A stretch of 64,000 bases of DNA. Origin: a virus. Its lineage: Duplodnaviria; Caudoviricetes. Of the stretch, positions 20,061-30,571 are shown piece by piece. The notes under the pieces were generated by a model. The model worked only from the letters and a program-made list of their open reading frames with translations. It searched no databases and was not told the origin of the DNA. The stretch covers positions 32,001 to 96,000 of IMG/VR virus record IMGVR_UViG_3300028833_000006. One strand, written 5' to 3'. The stretch's first letter is position 1; the number at the start of each line of letters is the position of its first letter. Position numbers and translations under genes: made by a program.

Positions 20061-22223
20061 CTATACATTATCTTGTGTCTTGAGTTTTGTCGCTTTGGTC
20101 TTTTTCTGCTTTAAGACTTGTGACTGCATGGACTGATATGCGCCACCGCCAACTTTTCCTACACCACCATTTGTAGAAATTTGGTTGCCTTGATTTCCTT
20201 GCCCCCCTTGTGCCCCTTGTCCATTGGTAGGGGTGGGTGCTTGCTGTCCTTGATTATTCGTGCCCCTATTATTATTGGCTTGAGTTGAATTTAAATTTTG
20301 TTGCTCACCGCTGACACTCGTGTCACTTTCCTCATCCCCCTTGTCTGAGTTGGTGGGGCTTTGGCTATTACCGTTGGAATTAGGGGAGGGTTGTCCTTGT
20401 GCCATCATTGATGAGACTGCCATGTTCTGCTCAATTGCTTGTTGAGATTCTTCTTGAACTCTTTGCAGTGCATCCATTGCCTGTCTCTTGGTCTCTCCGT
20501 AATACCACATTCTTGTTTCTAACTTGCTTGCCAATCCCTTGTCCATGAGAGTGAGCCTTGTGTTTAACTCTGTTACCATGTCTACTAGAATGCTGTCATC
20601 CCATGTGAATGAGACATCGTAAAGACCTAACTTCTTGGTGTCCACTTTGCCCCCTCGGATTACTACGTCTCCGACAATGTTGTAAATTGTGCAGTAAACG
20701 TCCATTGCGTAAATTACGTCTTTAAGGGCTGACTCTAATGCTTTTTGGATTTCTGCGTTGCTTGCGTAACTTCTTTGCTTTAAAATCTTAATCTCTGTTG
20801 CTGTTCTCGCCTCTGCGCTCACGTCTGCGATTGTGCCCCTGCTTAATGCCACTACGTCTTCAATTCGCATCAAAAGCGTGTTTAATCCATTAATCATTGA
20901 CGCATCTCTAAGGCTTGGTGCGTAAGGTTTGTAAGTGTCTGACTCACCTAAGTCAACTGGTCTGTAAAGTCTTTGCTGTAAGTGCCCCATCATTGAATGA
21001 GAATTACCCTTAAAGTCTGTTACATCTGTAAGTGCATCTCTGTCAATGTCAATTGCTAATTCGCCACCTTCGTACTCCCAAAGTAATCTAGAATACTGTA
21101 AATCCGCTTGCTTGATTAACTCCTTTGCTCTTGCGAAACCACTGATTCCTAACGGTGAGTGCGGGTCAATCGTGTTTGCTTCTGGCATCTTAAAATAACC
21201 AAACATCATTCGGTCTACGTTCTTAATTGTTGCCCTCTGCGGAATGTTCTTCCATTCTGGAACTTGCTTTAACTCAATCTCTGCCCCAAGCACTGCGTTG
21301 CCCAAAGTCATCGTGTTGTCTGTTCGGTTCAGACTCCTAAATGCTCTGTTAGTGATTGTAACTGTGTTATTCTCCAACTTGTGATACTCTAACCTAGTGT
21401 AAGTGTATTCCTTGTCAACCTTGGTCTGTAAGAATGCTACCTCTATTAGATTGCCACTGCTGTCAAATGAAAAAGGATAAAAACAATCTGCTTGTACAAA
21501 GTCAAACTCTATAGCGTACTTGTACTTCTTATTGTTCTTATCTGTTTTTATCTCTGCTGTTCCCTCTGTGTCATTAGTACTACTTTCAGAATTTGATTGC
21601 TCGTTTGTTGATTCAGCGTTGGCTACACCTTCTGATTTCTGCTCTGCCTTTGCCCCCACCTTACTATTATCAAGTCCTGCTACCTCTGCTACTGCCATTC
21701 TTGTCACATAAGGTTTTATTATAAGACTACCTTTAGCAATACCCAATTCAAGTTGTGTTCTTAATCTAGAAAGCAACTTATCTTGGTATTCCTTATTCAT
21801 AAACTCCGCTCTCTCTGTTGGAGATTTTGCTTTTTCCTTTATTACTGTTTTGGGTTTATTGCTAATAGATATGTTTCCATTTATATCTGATACTGGCGGT
21901 TGATACTCTGGATTAACAACTTCTTGAATACTCATTGGTGCGGTTATCTCTGACTGTAATTCTAATACCGCCATCCTTGCTTTTTCACTTGCTATAAATG
22001 CTGGTAACCCCAAAGACGTTACTAATGAATGGTCTTTGAAATCTGGTTCGTGCAACCAATCTGCTCTGTCTTCATACATTGCTGTCCACTCATCAATAGC
22101 ATCTATCATCTTACTACTGATTGCTGGTGAAATATGTAATGTTTGTTCAATATTTTTAACACCTATCATACCTTGCACCTTCTCTTTAACTGTTGACCAT
22201 AATGACATATTTATATACCTCAT
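20061..22223 (-). CDS. Portal protein (A118/SPP1-like) with low-complexity extensions
   Basis: YTRLEYH, ANTIDPHSPLGIS, RTATEI and FTWDDS motifs; true start may be M6 (22208). Confidence 0.85.
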   Translation of the reverse strand: MRYINMSLWSTVKEKVQGMIGVKNIEQTLHISPAISSKMIDAIDEWTAMYEDRADWLHEPDFKDHSLVTSLGLPAFIASEKARMAVLELQSEITAPMSIQEVVNPEYQPPVSDINGNISISNKPKTVIKEKAKSPTERAEFMNKEYQDKLLSRLRTQLELGIAKGSLIIKPYVTRMAVAEVAGLDNSKVGAKAEQKSEGVANAESTNEQSNSESSTNDTEGTAEIKTDKNNKKYKYAIEFDFVQADCFYPFSFDSSGNLIEVAFLQTKVDKEYTYTRLEYHKLENNTVTITNRAFRSLNRTDNTMTLGNAVLGAEIELKQVPEWKNIPQRATIKNVDRMMFGYFKMPEANTIDPHSPLGISGFARAKELIKQADLQYSRLLWEYEGGELAIDIDRDALTDVTDFKGNSHSMMGHLQQRLYRPVDLGESDTYKPYAPSLRDASMINGLNTLLMRIEDVVALSRGTIADVSAEARTATEIKILKQRSYASNAEIQKALESALKDVIYAMDVYCTIYNIVGDVVIRGGKVDTKKLGLYDVSFTWDDSILVDMVTELNTRLTLMDKGLASKLETRMWYYGETKRQAMDALQRVQEESQQAIEQNMAVSSMMAQGQPSPNSNGNSQSPTNSDKGDEESDTSVSGEQQNLNSTQANNNRGTNNQGQQAPTPTNGQGAQGGQGNQGNQISTNGGVGKVGGGAYQSMQSQVLKQKKTKATKLKTQDNV

Positions 22224-22373
22224 ATAATTATGTAAACTACCACAAAATATTATACTAAATATTTATTTCTGTGTAAAGAAAAAAGGCTTGCCAATATAGG
22301 CAAACCTCTTCTCGGAACAAAATGGATTTATTGGTCTGTGACTCTCAACAAACTATATACTAATATAATCACA

Positions 22374-22556
22374 TTATTTTGTCAATGCCAAATCACCACG
22401 GATACATTCCTTTATATACCCTTGCTTATTTGGTACAGACTCTAGTTTTGATATTATATCCGCATCTGTTACTTTGTTCAGTTTGATTAAAAACTTTTTA
22501 GTATGTTCCTTATCATATTTTGCTGTTGCTCGTATCTGCGCCTTTGTTGTTGCCAT
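22374..22556 (-). CDS. Small DNA-binding (ribbon-helix-helix-like) protein
   Basis: AQIRATAKYDK...LNKVTDADII...NKQGYIK. Confidence 0.5.
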   Translation of the reverse strand: MATTKAQIRATAKYDKEHTKKFLIKLNKVTDADIISKLESVPNKQGYIKECIRGDLALTK

Positions 22557-22557
22557 A

Positions 22558-22842
22558 TCACTCATCTCCTCTCACACTTATAGAACCATAAACAACATCA
22601 TCAAACACATTTGTCTTCTGCCAATCTTTAAATTTATCTTCTGTCATAAAATACACTCGAAATTCTTGTGTATCATAACTACCCATATATCCAGACCACG
22701 TATATCTCTGTAGTGTATCTGACTTGGCTACCTTATCCAACTCTGCACGTAATGCTTTCTCCGCATCAACTTCGGTTAATAATATATGTACTATAGTGAA
22801 TCTTTGTATCGTACCAGAATGTCTCATTCGCATACCCTTCAC
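22558..22842 (-). CDS. Hypothetical protein
   Basis: ORF track; start uncertain. Confidence 0.4.
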   Translation of the reverse strand: MKGMRMRHSGTIQRFTIVHILLTEVDAEKALRAELDKVAKSDTLQRYTWSGYMGSYDTQEFRVYFMTEDKFKDWQKTNVFDDVVYGSISVRGDE

Positions 22843-23007
22843 TGCTTGTAAATTTTTACATCAATACCTTGCTGTTGTATCTTGGTCGTATTATCGGCTA
22901 TTTTTGCCAACGACTTTGCTATATCCATAAGCAATAAATCTGTATCCATACTACCATCTCCTTTAGTAATTACATCCTTTATCATTTCGATTAATTCACA
23001 ATACCTA

Positions 23008-23364
23008 CTAGTCATCAATCACAACCTCCACTGTGCCTGCGTCTAATTGTCTATATTTCTTCTGATTATCCAACTGCAACATAAACTTGGAATTATTCAG
23101 TCTATTTTCATTCTCATTGTGTTTCGGTGTAGCCACTTCCCCACTACTTATCAAACTACTTAACGCTGATTCAATTCGTGCCCTTAACTTTTGTCTATAC
23201 TGCTTTATCACATCGACTATCAACCTCTCTGACCGTCTCCCTACGGTAACTGATACTGGCTCATCTATTACATTCATTATCTTATCTTTGGTATCTTGCA
23301 CCCCCTGCTGATACCCCGTGTGATAATATGTATGATAAAGTGCGTCTAACTCATGTTGCGACAT
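23008..23364 (-). CDS. Hypothetical protein
   Basis: ORF with GGAGTG RBS. Confidence 0.55.
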   Translation of the reverse strand: MSQHELDALYHTYYHTGYQQGVQDTKDKIMNVIDEPVSVTVGRRSERLIVDVIKQYRQKLRARIESALSSLISSGEVATPKHNENENRLNNSKFMLQLDNQKKYRQLDAGTVEVVIDD

Positions 23365-23386
23365 ATTATATCACTCCCTAATTATG

Positions 23387-23665
23387 TTATTTCCGTGCTG
23401 TCAACAGATATACGTTTCTTAATTTATCCACTCCCTTTATTCTCACATACTTATCTGTCTCCCTATCAATAGTCATACAATCGAAACCTAATAGATTCAA
23501 CGCTGCTAAATGCATGAATAAATCATGTGCGTCAACGCTATCCTCTACGGCATCTAATACATCTGTTACTGTCGCATATCTATCAAACCCATTTCCACAC
23601 GCAACATTACTTAATGCAAGCGGAACGTCACCTACTGTTGTTAATCTCACACTATTTCTCTGCAT
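23387..23665 (-). CDS. Hypothetical protein
   Basis: ORF in operon orientation. Confidence 0.5.
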   Translation of the reverse strand: MQRNSVRLTTVGDVPLALSNVACGNGFDRYATVTDVLDAVEDSVDAHDLFMHLAALNLLGFDCMTIDRETDKYVRIKGVDKLRNVYLLTARK

Positions 23666-23821
23666 CTTCGTCCTCTTTCTCTAACTTTTCCAACTCTGTT
23701 TTTAACATACCATCAAATACAAAATCAAACTGTGTAATCTGCGACTTGTCATATTTATTTTTAGAATTTTTCTGCCCCAAAAATGTAGCCAACTCCGACT
23801 TCCCAACTTTTTTAATCGCCA

Positions 23822-24166
23822 TTATGAAATCTCCTCGAATATCGGAACTAATGTCTGTGCCAATCTACGCTTTGATACTCGCATTCTCTTGTCATTCATA
23901 ACTCTCCTAGCATTCTCAAGGTTATTTATGCCCCAACTTGCCCCCTTATCAAGCAATTTAGCATACTCTGTGCCCACTTTGATTGCTTTAACTGTATTCG
24001 GATTAATTGTGTAATCATCCTTGTTATACCATTCAGCTAAAGGAATCCATTCATCATCCCCCATATTCTTACCGATATTCCATACAAAAAACCCATTCGG
24101 TATCTTATTCACTATCTCATAAGTTTTCGCAACCCCAAAAGTATCAACCGTTGTAATTGTACGCAT
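23822..24166 (-). CDS. Hypothetical protein
   Basis: GAAAGGAG RBS; first gene after a promoter repeat. Confidence 0.6.
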   Translation of the reverse strand: MRTITTVDTFGVAKTYEIVNKIPNGFFVWNIGKNMGDDEWIPLAEWYNKDDYTINPNTVKAIKVGTEYAKLLDKGASWGINNLENARRVMNDKRMRVSKRRLAQTLVPIFEEIS

Positions 24167-24232
24167 ATTCGTTTCTCCTTTCAATACTAACTTCTTGTCA
24201 CATTATAAGTATATACCATACTAGCATATATG

Positions 24233-24610
24233 TCAATACATAGTTTCGTCTAACACATCATTTACCCTTACAAGCACCTTACCATCTTCAACCTCAACCA
24301 TAATTATGTCATCATACTTAATGTACTCTTTGAAATCTAATCCAATCGTCTTATAGTATAAATCTACGTATTTGTAATCAAGGTTATATGCCATTTCATC
24401 AAAATCACGGACTGTTAACTTTCTATCAATTATCTCGTACTCGCCATTGTTCGGCACAACATACACCTTAAATATCTCGTCAAATTCAATTGACTCAACA
24501 ACCATAGTGTCATCAATATCTATTTTGTTTTCGTCCAAATCATAGAACTCAACTACTTCGTCTAGATACTTCTCAATATCCTTTGCCAATACTGTTGCTC
24601 TTGCTCTCAT
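24233..24610 (-). CDS. Hypothetical protein
   Basis: AAAGGAG RBS. Confidence 0.6.
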   Translation of the reverse strand: MRARATVLAKDIEKYLDEVVEFYDLDENKIDIDDTMVVESIEFDEIFKVYVVPNNGEYEIIDRKLTVRDFDEMAYNLDYKYVDLYYKTIGLDFKEYIKYDDIIMVEVEDGKVLVRVNDVLDETMY

Positions 24611-24623
24611 AAGTTTCTCCTTT

Positions 24624-24902
24624 CTACGCTATCTTAAGTATTGCTGACTTCGGAATCCACACCCTATACCCATTGTATACTGTGAAATTCGGTCTATAAG
24701 ACCGTGTACTCCAATATCTGCAATTAACAAATACTGCCTTTTCGGTCTCCTTTACAATATCCTCAACTCCGATATTGTATATAGCAACCTCATTACCGTT
24801 CTCGTCATAGTCATACTGCTTATCCCAAACTATAGTCTTGGAATTACAAAATGCCCTTGACTGTATTTCCTCATATATCCAACTCTTGATTGTAAATGTC
24901 AT
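24624..24902 (-). CDS. Hypothetical protein (ETEKA...WIPKS small beta-barrel type)
   Basis: GGAGG RBS; KETEKAV and WIPKSAI motifs common in phage proteins. Confidence 0.55.
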   Translation of the reverse strand: MTFTIKSWIYEEIQSRAFCNSKTIVWDKQYDYDENGNEVAIYNIGVEDIVKETEKAVFVNCRYWSTRSYRPNFTVYNGYRVWIPKSAILKIA

Positions 24903-24997
24903 ACCTTATACCTCCGTATTTAAGTTTCCCAACTGTTCCTTACAAGTATAGTATAAGGCAATACTTATTATATGTCAATACTATTTTGAAAAATTTT

Positions 24998-25234
24998 TCA
25001 AATTAAATATTGTTCTATTGGCTTTGCGTCATCTATATTCTCCTCTTCATCTCGCACCACTAATATAAGCGTATTTGTATCTGCAACATACATACTGACA
25101 ACTTCTAAATCTCGGTACTGCTTATCTATCATTTCGCCAATACCGTACTCCGCATATACATAATTAGTCTGATTAATTATTCTCACACTTGTTTGAATAT
25201 CAACTATCTTGGATAAATCACGTACTGTTGTCAT
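24998..25234 (-). CDS. Hypothetical protein
   Basis: ORF; start re-assigned to MTTVR. Confidence 0.45.
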   Translation of the reverse strand: MTTVRDLSKIVDIQTSVRIINQTNYVYAEYGIGEMIDKQYRDLEVVSMYVADTNTLILVVRDEEENIDDAKPIEQYLI

Positions 25235-25271
25235 ACCTACACCACCTCTCACGCACACACATAACCGCAAC

Positions 25272-25571
25272 CTAGAATAATCTAGCCTGCGGTCTCTTCC
25301 TACCCTGTGCACTCTCTAACTGCTTTATCTTAGTCTTTAATGCCTCTACATCTCTACGCAAATACTCATTTTCATCATACATATCTGTGTAACAATCTAA
25401 ATCTCTGTGTAACGCTCTTATATAATTTGCAAAATCTGTACTGACAAACTCTTCTGCTATCTCATATATATCTTTGTCACTAAATACCGCTACTGCACCC
25501 TTTGGTGTCTCTATCATATCCACACTGTTCATCTTCTTCCACCTCGTTATCCTCATCTTCTGGCCCGCCAC
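25272..25571 (-). CDS. Hypothetical coiled-coil protein
   Basis: Resembles 32340..32666; start uncertain. Confidence 0.5.
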   Translation of the reverse strand: MAGQKMRITRWKKMNSVDMIETPKGAVAVFSDKDIYEIAEEFVSTDFANYIRALHRDLDCYTDMYDENEYLRRDVEALKTKIKQLESAQGRKRPQARLF

Positions 25572-25631
25572 ACATTAAATCGCATAATTCATCCCATGTT
25601 AGATTTTCAAATGTCTTACCCATATATCCAC

Positions 25632-25814
25632 CTAATCAATATTCAACCATACCAATGTCCGCTCAGTATCAAACCCCATACGTTCAAACTTATCATAGTT
25701 TGGTGCACCGCCAACCCAATCTGGTTCTTCTGTCGGCTCATATGTGCTTCCATATGTCTCACTTGTCTTAATTGGTGCTAAATTATCCATACCAGGATAC
25801 CGCTTTTTTGTCAT
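25632..25814 (-). CDS. Hypothetical protein
   Basis: ORF with RBS. Confidence 0.45.
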   Translation of the reverse strand: MTKKRYPGMDNLAPIKTSETYGSTYEPTEEPDWVGGAPNYDKFERMGFDTERTLVWLNID

Positions 25815-26258
25815 TTAAACCACTCCTTTCATATCAGCCAACTTATTCCTAACTGCACTAACTTGCTTGCCTATATCACCGATTCTCTTACCTAAATCAG
25901 ACGGTACTGTACCACTCCTAATCTCATTGCCTAAGATATCTACGACAACGATTATGTCATCCAAATCACCAACCAAACTATTGATTTCAGATTTCTTCGC
26001 TTTAGGTAAACGTGCCTTACTCTCTATAGCCCATTCAAGTGCTTTCCATTCGTCATTACTCAAATCGAAAAACTGACCATTACAACTCAAATGCTCTAGC
26101 ACATACTCAAGTGCTTGCTCCGCTGTATAGTCTTTGTTAATACTGACGCACACTGCTAACGGTAATATATCCGCTCTAGTGTTTCTGCACTCGCATAATC
26201 GTGTATGCACATCTGCATCTAAACCTCTCCACAACTGCTCACTTGTCATATTCGCCAC
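25815..26258 (-). CDS. Hypothetical protein
   Basis: ORF track. Confidence 0.55.
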   Translation of the reverse strand: MANMTSEQLWRGLDADVHTRLCECRNTRADILPLAVCVSINKDYTAEQALEYVLEHLSCNGQFFDLSNDEWKALEWAIESKARLPKAKKSEINSLVGDLDDIIVVVDILGNEIRSGTVPSDLGKRIGDIGKQVSAVRNKLADMKGVV

Positions 26259-26261
26259 CCC

Positions 26262-26579
26262 CTATACATACTGTGCTAAAAACTTCGGTGTCAATACTAC
26301 CTTGGGATATACACAAAATCCGCTAAATCCCAAATCACCAACTTCTTTGATGTATCCGCTATCTATCATGCTATTTACCAAATCTTCGCAATTGTTGATA
26401 TCTGCGTAAAACTCATACTCCTTACACCCAACACTCTCCTCAAGATTTACGGATACTGTTGCATACGGCTCACCACTCTCTGTATAAGCCTGCACCGCTG
26501 TGCTACCATTATTAGCATACTTTGCGGTCTTGAAATATAAATCATACTGTTCACCACCAAACTGACTTGTGTACTTCAT
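26262..26579 (-). CDS. Conserved hypothetical phage/MGE protein
   Basis: YANNG...EPYATVSVNL...DINN...SGFCVYP; strong RBS. Confidence 0.6.
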   Translation of the reverse strand: MKYTSQFGGEQYDLYFKTAKYANNGSTAVQAYTESGEPYATVSVNLEESVGCKEYEFYADINNCEDLVNSMIDSGYIKEVGDLGFSGFCVYPKVVLTPKFLAQYV

Positions 26580-26717
26580 ATGTATATTCTCCTTTCGTAT
26601 AACTACCTTTACATTACAGTATAAGTATATACCCATACACACCATATGTCAACACTTTTTTGTAAAAACCTTAAAAATTATTTGCTTAAAAATTTCTATA
26701 CGCAAAAAGTGTAGGAA

Positions 26718-26930
26718 CTAAATCTTACCTAATTCTAATTGCGTTTTTGTATTCTGACTCCGATTTTTGTAGTCTGACTCTGATATTGCTACTATCTGTC
26801 TGACTGATATATCAAGATTCCACATCCTTATATATCTGTTAGCATCTGCTCTCATTGCTGACATGTTCTTTGCATACCCAACGGTATCTGAAAAATCCGA
26901 AAATATAACTCTATAATAATTCTTTGCCAT
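26718..26930 (-). CDS. Hypothetical protein
   Basis: ORF with RBS. Confidence 0.5.
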   Translation of the reverse strand: MAKNYYRVIFSDFSDTVGYAKNMSAMRADANRYIRMWNLDISVRQIVAISESDYKNRSQNTKTQLELGKI

Positions 26931-26933
26931 ACG

Positions 26934-27119
26934 CTACTCCTCACCACAGTCCTTCATTCGCCTCTTATAATCCGTATCCATTAAAATTGTGTCATTATCG
27001 TATTCCTCAATATTTGTAACATAATACATACCATCTTCAAACATTTCATCATTTGGAATCAAGATTTTTGCATTTTCTGGATATTTTGATAGTTTCTTAA
27101 TTAACTGTTTTACCGTCAT
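26934..27119 (-). CDS. Hypothetical protein
   Basis: MTVKQLIKKLSKYP N-terminus common in phage small ORFs. Confidence 0.55.
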   Translation of the reverse strand: MTVKQLIKKLSKYPENAKILIPNDEMFEDGMYYVTNIEEYDNDTILMDTDYKRRMKDCGEE

Positions 27120-27432
27120 TCTTATCCTCGCTTTCTCTCCACACTTCCCTTAATTCAGCACCACAATAACAAGGTCTATGGTCTATAATACTCACAGTTA
27201 ATCTGCATTTCACATCACGAATAACATCTTTTTCAAAGGTTGTATCGGAATCCAGTTTTCCTCTTATCCTTTCTTCCATTAACAAATCTGCTAATATATC
27301 TGGTGTAAGTGGTATGCCGTTTATAACTGCATCTTTAATGTCTAATACATCACTATTCGCAATATGTTCATATTTACGAATATAATTATAAACTCGCTTA
27401 GGTATCTTAACTACTAACTCTATATCAGCCAT
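27097..27432 (-). CDS. Hypothetical protein
   Basis: ORF with GGAGG RBS. Confidence 0.5.
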   Translation of the reverse strand: MADIELVVKIPKRVYNYIRKYEHIANSDVLDIKDAVINGIPLTPDILADLLMEERIRGKLDSDTTFEKDVIRDVKCRLTVSIIDHRPCYCGAELREVWRESEDKNDGKTVN

Positions 27433-27434
27433 AC

Positions 27435-27707
27435 TTATTCCTCCGTATATTCTGCAATCACAACCTCAAAATACTCATCAATCTTATTGTCGTATAACAA
27501 GCCACATTCTGTATGGAAATTACAATCCTCAAGCAAATCTACTATCTTCTGCTGAATGTCTGTGTTTGCACCATACTGATACAGCACCCCCAATACTAAA
27601 AGGTCTTGCTTACCAAAGCCCCACTCTATATCGGCTGATAAATCCCAACCCCTTTCTACTGAATTTAATGCTGACTCCCAATCTGCTCTAATCTCTTCTC
27701 CGCTCAT
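27435..27707 (-). CDS. Hypothetical protein
   Basis: Start re-assigned to MSGEE after AAAGGAG. Confidence 0.55.
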   Translation of the reverse strand: MSGEEIRADWESALNSVERGWDLSADIEWGFGKQDLLVLGVLYQYGANTDIQQKIVDLLEDCNFHTECGLLYDNKIDEYFEVVIAEYTEE

Positions 27708-27708
27708 A

Positions 27709-27921
27709 TTAGTTCTCCTTTCCGTTGACCAACTCTTCAAGCCTAGCCTTTGCATCTGCATAGGATACATCACCGTCCACCCTATTACCCTCGGCATCGT
27801 AAATATACCAAAAATCTGCTTTAATAGGTCTACCAGTAAATATGTTCTTACTTGCATTTGACTTGATTGTGTAACCATTATCTGCCTTGTATAACCCTGC
27901 GCTAATTCTTTTAATCTTCAT
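27709..27921 (-). CDS. Hypothetical protein
   Basis: AAGGAG RBS. Confidence 0.55.
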   Translation of the reverse strand: MKIKRISAGLYKADNGYTIKSNASKNIFTGRPIKADFWYIYDAEGNRVDGDVSYADAKARLEELVNGKEN

Positions 27922-28306
27922 ACTGTATTCTCCTTCCTTTAAAATGCCTTTACCTCATACTCAAACTTCGGCTTGCCACCATACATGTAAGTTCCGCAAA
28001 ACTCTTTGCCAAACTCATCTGCTTTCTTACGGCTTGCAAATGTGGTCAGTGTCAACTGCACCTCATTAGTTCTCTTATTCCTTAATGCTACTCTGTAATA
28101 TCTTGCCATAGACAACTCCTTTCTCTATTCAACTTCCTTACAGTATCATTATAAGGGTATACTTATATATTGTCAATACCTTTTTTGAAAAATTTTTCAA
28201 CTTTTTATCTGCGACAATATCCCCACAAACAGTTTATGCGGTGTAGGAACTCCTACCAAATCCCTAACACCGCACACTATATAACTAATCCCCTACCACG
28301 GACTAA

Positions 28307-28771
28307 TTACCAACAATCATTTGCTCTCACCGCTTTAGCTGCTCTGTTAAACTCTTTCATCACCTTATTACTGTAACCACCCTCTCTAAGATAGTCTACC
28401 CAATCCTTACCATCACCGTACTCACAATCCCCAAAGATTGAACATACATCATAATCACCTTCCCAATTTATCGGATATTCGTGATTGTACATCTCATACT
28501 CAAATGCCTCATATGCGAAACCATCTTCATTCTCCATAAGATTTCTTAACTCTGAATACTTATCTCTCTTAAAGAATGCCCTTATCACATCAGCATCAGA
28601 CTTAAGATAAAACCCACCTAAATTATTTAGTCTGTATATCTTATCCGTGTCATTCAATGTCAACCCACGCTTATTCATCTCTTCCTCTAACTGCTTTTCT
28701 GAAAAGGCAAAGAATATAGGCAATGCGGAATACTCTTTTTCATTCTTGATTCTATAATCTGCATACGTCAT
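28307..28771 (-). CDS. Conserved hypothetical phage protein
   Basis: FFAFSEKQ...AFEYEMYNHEY; strong RBS. Confidence 0.6.
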   Translation of the reverse strand: MTYADYRIKNEKEYSALPIFFAFSEKQLEEEMNKRGLTLNDTDKIYRLNNLGGFYLKSDADVIRAFFKRDKYSELRNLMENEDGFAYEAFEYEMYNHEYPINWEGDYDVCSIFGDCEYGDGKDWVDYLREGGYSNKVMKEFNRAAKAVRANDCW

Positions 28772-28790
28772 AACATTGTTCTCCTTTCTA

Positions 28791-29297
28791 TTACGCACTT
28801 GCAAGTATCTTCTTGATATCTGCTAACTTGTACTGATTTTCCCAACCATCTGCCCAATTACCATCTATGCACACATCCCAATAATTCTCGTTTGATACGA
28901 AACTGTGGTAAACTGCGTCACCGTCAGGACTATATCCGTTAACGCTCTCATTCTTGTGTACCCACATTCCATTTGCACAACCCACTGCGCCAACCTTAAA
29001 GCAAGCATATCCATTGAATCCCAACCTGATTGACTGCTCAAGGAACTTCTTCATCTGCTTTAACTGTGAGAGTGAAAGAGTGTCGTTCCACCAATCAAAG
29101 ATTGAAAGGTCTCTGCATACGGTCGCTATCCTATAAGACCAACTACCGCCCCAACCACGCTTCTTGAACTGAATGCTATCAATATTAGGATTGAAATAAT
29201 CATAACCTTGTGCGTTCTTGTCCTCAAGTATCTGAATATACTCATTAATCTTATCAAGTACATTCTGTGCGTTATACTGCCTATAATCTTTTGCCAT
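28791..29297 (-). CDS. Hypothetical protein
   Basis: GAAAGGAGAAAACAGT-ATG leader. Confidence 0.65.
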   Translation of the reverse strand: MAKDYRQYNAQNVLDKINEYIQILEDKNAQGYDYFNPNIDSIQFKKRGWGGSWSYRIATVCRDLSIFDWWNDTLSLSQLKQMKKFLEQSIRLGFNGYACFKVGAVGCANGMWVHKNESVNGYSPDGDAVYHSFVSNENYWDVCIDGNWADGWENQYKLADIKKILASA

Positions 29298-29455
29298 ACT
29301 GTTTTCTCCTTTCAATTAAGTACCACAACTACCTTACAATGATAGTATAAGCCTATCCTTATATATTGTCAATACTTTTTTGAAATATTCTTCAACTTTT
29401 TACAAGCCAACTAAATCCAAACCCAATTCACCTACATTTTCAGACACCGAATTTT

Positions 29456-29935
29456 TTATATTGGATACTCTCGTACCAACTCATATCCTATCGGTGACTT
29501 CCTAGATTGCTTGTAATACTGCTTTTCCACCCACTTAAGACTTCCGTCTGTATTAAGGAATGTGTTATTATGAAAATCCTCTCTACGAACTAAATATCGT
29601 ACTGACTGGTCGCCATCTATACACAGTCCTATAAACTTATTATCTAAATAAGATTTACCCTCTGTTTCTTCATACGCTTTAATATAATCATCCATTGATA
29701 CCCAATGCTCATACAACCACTTACATATCTCCTTTGGCTCAAAATCCGCACAAGTTATGGCTGACTGCTGACCACAGTCATATGACTTAAACCACGGCAC
29801 TGCAAACTGTATATGCTTATGGTCTATACGCTTACAAGTAGTATCCTCTCTGCGCTCTGCGTCACACTGATGATATCTACAATCACCGCAACCTAAATGA
29901 CAATGACACTCGTATATGTTATCTCCCATAGTCAC
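29456..29935 (-). CDS. Cys-rich hypothetical protein
   Basis: CxCxxxCxxCxxxxC cluster. Confidence 0.55.
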   Translation of the reverse strand: MTMGDNIYECHCHLGCGDCRYHQCDAERREDTTCKRIDHKHIQFAVPWFKSYDCGQQSAITCADFEPKEICKWLYEHWVSMDDYIKAYEETEGKSYLDNKFIGLCIDGDQSVRYLVRREDFHNNTFLNTDGSLKWVEKQYYKQSRKSPIGYELVREYPI

Positions 29936-30342
29936 ACCTCTCTTTCATAGTACCCATACAATGACTTCCTACCACTATCCCACGTGTCATAGTATTTGCC
30001 ATCCACACATGCCACCTCATGGTTAGCGACATTTAATATATACGTACCACTCGTATGTGATTTGGCAAACTCCTCAACCGTAGGTCGCTTTGTACCCTTT
30101 TTATTTGACACCCCATAGTACTTAAACCCCAACTCGGACATTGCTTTTATCTCATCCTTATTAGACAAATTGAATACATTCGGTGTTTGGTATTTACGAC
30201 ATATAGGAATCATCCTATCAAATGCCTCTATCCAACTGCACCCCCACGCTTTAGATAATGCACGGATAGTACAGTCGCCATACTTATCTTTTAAGTCTAA
30301 ATCGTTCGGCTGATAATATTCAAATCTCTTCATTATGCCCAC
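29932..30342 (-). CDS. Conserved hypothetical protein (possible Cys-His-Asp, papain-like fold)
   Basis: GDCTIRAL...HEVAC...YYDTWDSG. Confidence 0.55.
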   Translation of the reverse strand: MGIMKRFEYYQPNDLDLKDKYGDCTIRALSKAWGCSWIEAFDRMIPICRKYQTPNVFNLSNKDEIKAMSELGFKYYGVSNKKGTKRPTVEEFAKSHTSGTYILNVANHEVACVDGKYYDTWDSGRKSLYGYYEREV

Positions 30343-30557
30343 CTCGCATTTCCACTGGTTTCTGCTAACTGCTCGTACTGCTCCACCACATCTGAATAAT
30401 CCTCACACACTATATCATCTGTGTCCGACACCACTATGCCCAACCTCTGTATGCGGTTTATATACCTCTGTATAGCGTCCACCTTACAACTTGCCTCATA
30501 CACCTCTCCGTCTATGTAGTTACCATTGATATTTCGTATTCTTACACAATATGTCAT
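30333..30557 (-). CDS. Hypothetical protein
   Basis: ORF track. Confidence 0.45.
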   Translation of the reverse strand: MTYCVRIRNINGNYIDGEVYEASCKVDAIQRYINRIQRLGIVVSDTDDIVCEDYSDVVEQYEQLAETSGNARWA

Positions 30558-30571
30558 ATATACCCACCCCC

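Noticed and set aside
20200-21660. Cluster of TGCCCC hexamers in the portal gene as a Chi-like signal
   Set aside because: Can be explained by Gly codons and the G-rich coding strand; not testable without counting
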